DNA of 32,000 nucleotides from Dickeya dadantii NCPPB 898 (lineage in GTDB: Bacteria; Pseudomonadota; Gammaproteobacteria; Enterobacterales; Enterobacteriaceae), in contig NZ_CM001976.1 in assembly GCF_000406145.1 (NCBI RefSeq), positions 3,569,263 to 3,601,262 of the forward strand, given 5' to 3'. Below are positions 29,744 through 32,000 of this stretch, piece after piece. The position numbers were made by a program, and so were the translations under genes. The notes beneath the pieces were generated by a model that was not told the origin of the DNA, ran no database searches, and worked only from the letters and a program-made list of their open reading frames with translations. Numbering within the stretch: position 1 is the first letter of the stretch; every line of letters starts with the position of its first letter.

Positions 29744-30806
29744 AGTCCTGTGAACTTACCGTCGATTCAGGTGGAAACAGAACCGGTTGATCGGTGCGAA
29801 TACTAAGCCGAACCGGCTGCCCCGGCTCAAACCAGTTGCCGCTTTGCACCTGCAGTTCCAGCTCATTGACCCGGACGCGATAAAAATTACTGGTCCCCAT
29901 AAACAGCCGATCTTCGATTACGCCCGAGCCTTCCTCATCCAGCGCCAGCGCAATCTCTTGTGGACGAATCAGCCAGTCATAACGTGCGCCATGCGGCAGT
30001 TTCAACGCTCTCGTCGCCTGATGCTCGCCGAGAAAACTCTGCCATTGCCGATCTCCGCTGATCTTCACCGGCAGGTAATTGGTATTACCCATAAAACTTG
30101 CTACATAACGGCTGACCGGCCGGTAGTAGAGATCGGCGGAAAAACCCTGCTGCACAATGCCGCCATCATGGATCAGGATCAGATGATCGGCGAAGGCAAA
30201 GGCGTCCTCCCGATCAGACGTCGCAAACAGCGTGGCAATCTGACGCTGCCGCAGGATTTGGCGTAGCTCGCTGATCAAGCGGTAACGAATCTGGCCGTCA
30301 ACGGCGGAAAAAGGCTCATCCAGCAGTAACAGTTTGGGTTGACACGCCAGCGCGCGGGCAAGCGCCGCCCGCTGATTCTGCTCTCTGGACAGCTCATGGG
30401 GGTAACACCGGGTAAAGGTTTCCAGTTGCATCAGCCCTACCGCATCCATCGCCAGGGTGCTGACCTCTTCCGATGACTTGCCGCGCAGCCCGAAGGTGAT
30501 GTTCTCCATGACCGTCAAATGGGGAAACAACACGTCATCCTGAAACACCATCCCCACCACGCGTGGCGGCGGCTCAGCGCCCTGCGCCTGAGCATCCGTC
30601 CTCTGGCCGGCGATGGCTATTCTGCCTTGTTCCTGCGGCAGCAAACCCGCTATCGATTTCAGCAGCGTGGTTTTACCATCACCGCTGGCCCCAAGCAGGC
30701 ATACCATTTCGCCTTCATGCACCGAAAAACTCACGTTTTCCAACACGGAAAGTTGCGGATAGCGGCAACTGAGCGAGGCTATCGTTAGAATCTCCGGGGT
30801 CGCCAT
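29742..30806 (-). CDS. ABC importer ATP-binding protein, FbpC/AfuC/PotA-like (Fe3+-type), with atypical catalytic motifs
   Basis: Walker A GASGDGKTTLL, Q-loop MVFQDDVLFPHLTV, Walker B LLLLDEPFSAVD, and a C-terminal TOBE-like regulatory domain. The signature motif reads LSREQ (30378-30392) instead of LSGGQ. The H-loop reads ATSDRED, with Ser at 30216-30218 where the switch histidine is expected. Confidence 0.8.
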   Translation of the reverse strand: MATPEILTIASLSCRYPQLSVLENVSFSVHEGEMVCLLGASGDGKTTLLKSIAGLLPQEQGRIAIAGQRTDAQAQGAEPPPRVVGMVFQDDVLFPHLTVMENITFGLRGKSSEEVSTLAMDAVGLMQLETFTRCYPHELSREQNQRAALARALACQPKLLLLDEPFSAVDGQIRYRLISELRQILRQRQIATLFATSDREDAFAFADHLILIHDGGIVQQGFSADLYYRPVSRYVASFMGNTNYLPVKISGDRQWQSFLGEHQATRALKLPHGARYDWLIRPQEIALALDEEGSGVIEDRLFMGTSNFYRVRVNELELQVQSGNWFEPGQPVRLSIRTDQPVLFPPESTVSSQD

Positions 30807-30813
30807 AACTTAC

Positions 30814-32000
30814 CTATCCTTCCATTCTCATCAATCGGGTTATCCCAAATAGCGGGATCATCCCCACACCAACCAGCATCAGCGCGGGGGTCGCCACCAG
30901 CGGCAACCGTTCATCCATCATGAAACGGAACACATAGGTTGCCATGGTTTCCACTTCAAATGGCTGCAACAATAGCGAGGCGTTCAGTTCACGCAGGCTT
31001 TCGGTAAACACCAACAAGACGCCGACAATCAGGCAGTGGCGTAATTGCGGCAGATAGACCCACAGTACCTGCAGAGCTGGCGTATAGCCGAGCGACTGGC
31101 TGACATGATTCATTGCGCCCGACATGCGGGACATGCGGATTTGCAGCCGGTCAATCAGCAAACCGCTAAAACGCATGCAGTAGGCCAGAATCAGCACCAG
31201 CACCGACCCCGCCCAGGGGTCATCCACCACACCGCCGGCCGTGGCGTGCCAGGCGTCCAGCCCCAGAAACGGCACCAGCAGGCCCATACCTAACGCCGTC
31301 GAAGGCAATAACCGGTTGAGATTGAGCCAGCGCAACGGATTACGGTAAGCCGGATTGCCGATTGCCCGAAAATCAAACGTGCACACAACCGCCAGCCCAA
31401 TCACCAGCAATGTCGCGCAGGCGGCCGCCATGAAGCTACTGGTAAACGCCAGCAAGAACGGCAAACTCCAGATCGGCGCTTCGGACAATATCGCCCAACC
31501 CACCAGCCGACCGACCGGCACCACAAACGCAATCACCACCAGCGCGCCGCCAAACAGCATGGTCAGAAAACGCGGCCATCCACGCAGCACCGGGACGTTT
31601 TGCGGGTAGACTCCACTGCTTTTCTGATAACGCAACTGACGGGCGCGACTACGACGCCCCTGAAACCAGATCAGGAACACCAGCGGCAGCAGCAACGACA
31701 TCAATAATGCCGCCGTACCGTGTTGCGCCTTGTCGCGCCATAAGTCCAGACCGGCCGTAGTGATAGTTTGTAAGGAGAAATAAGCGGAAATACCGTAATC
31801 GCCGAGCGCTTCCGACGCCATCAGTACCATGCCAAGCGCGATCGCCGGGCGGGCCATGGGAAACACCACACGCCAGAATACCTGCGCACGAGTCTGGTTC
31901 ATCAGCCGGGCAGCCTGTTGCAAACTGACTGGTTGCGACATCAGCGCCGTTCGAACCAGCAGGTAGACATACGGGAATAGCACCAGCGCCAGACACAGGC
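30814..32000 (-). CDS. Fused two-domain ABC importer permease, FbpB/AfuB-like (Fe3+-type); 5' end lies beyond the window
   Basis: The reading frame stays open to position 32000 (..LCLALVLFPYVYLLVRTAL..), so the track's GTG start is internal. Two EAA-type loop regions are visible (QQAARLMNQTRAQVFWRVVFPMARPA and HVSQSLGYTPALQVLWVYLPQLRH), and there are multiple TM helices. The stop codon lies 7 nt upstream of the ATPase start. Confidence 0.8.
   Translation of the reverse strand, partial: LCLALVLFPYVYLLVRTALMSQPVSLQQAARLMNQTRAQVFWRVVFPMARPAIALGMVLMASEALGDYGISAYFSLQTITTAGLDLWRDKAQHGTAALLMSLLLPLVFLIWFQGRRSRARQLRYQKSSGVYPQNVPVLRGWPRFLTMLFGGALVVIAFVVPVGRLVGWAILSEAPIWSLPFLLAFTSSFMAAACATLLVIGLAVVCTFDFRAIGNPAYRNPLRWLNLNRLLPSTALGMGLLVPFLGLDAWHATAGGVVDDPWAGSVLVLILAYCMRFSGLLIDRLQIRMSRMSGAMNHVSQSLGYTPALQVLWVYLPQLRHCLIVGVLLVFTESLRELNASLLLQPFEVETMATYVFRFMMDERLPLVATPALMLVGVGMIPLFGITRLMRMEG

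Overview
GC-rich Enterobacterales chromosome segment, probably from a Pectobacteriaceae-like or Dickeya-like organism (genus not determinable here). It is almost entirely conserved core genome and is colinear with the E. coli K-12 cdaR-degP-dgt / mtnN-btuF / erpA-clcA / hemL / fhuCDB / mrcB / hrpB / thpR-sfsA-dksA-gluQ-pcnB-folK / panBCD / yadHG / can / hpt region. All 27 housekeeping genes look intact, with lengths close to what I recall for the E. coli orthologs. I see no tRNA, rRNA, CRISPR array, IS element, integrase or phage gene. Compared with E. coli K-12, fhuA, yadS, the yad fimbrial cluster and yadI/yadE are absent. Colinearity ends after hpt (about 28.5 kb), where an accessory block begins: a small GNAT acetyltransferase, a proline-rich secreted orphan protein, and the distal end of an Fe(III)-type ABC importer operon that runs off the right edge. 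I found no convincing novel multi-gene system. The best candidates for follow-up are: (1) the ABC importer, whose ATPase has a non-canonical signature motif (LSREQ) and lacks the H-loop histidine, and whose permease coupling loops are also atypical; (2) an unusually long, structured dgt-mtnN intergenic region with an orphan near-consensus promoter and two strong hairpins, which could be an sRNA or leader; (3) the EF-P-motif-rich secreted orphan protein; (4) fhuCDB with its own Fur box but no fhuA. The many long antisense ORFs in the track are GC-driven artefacts.
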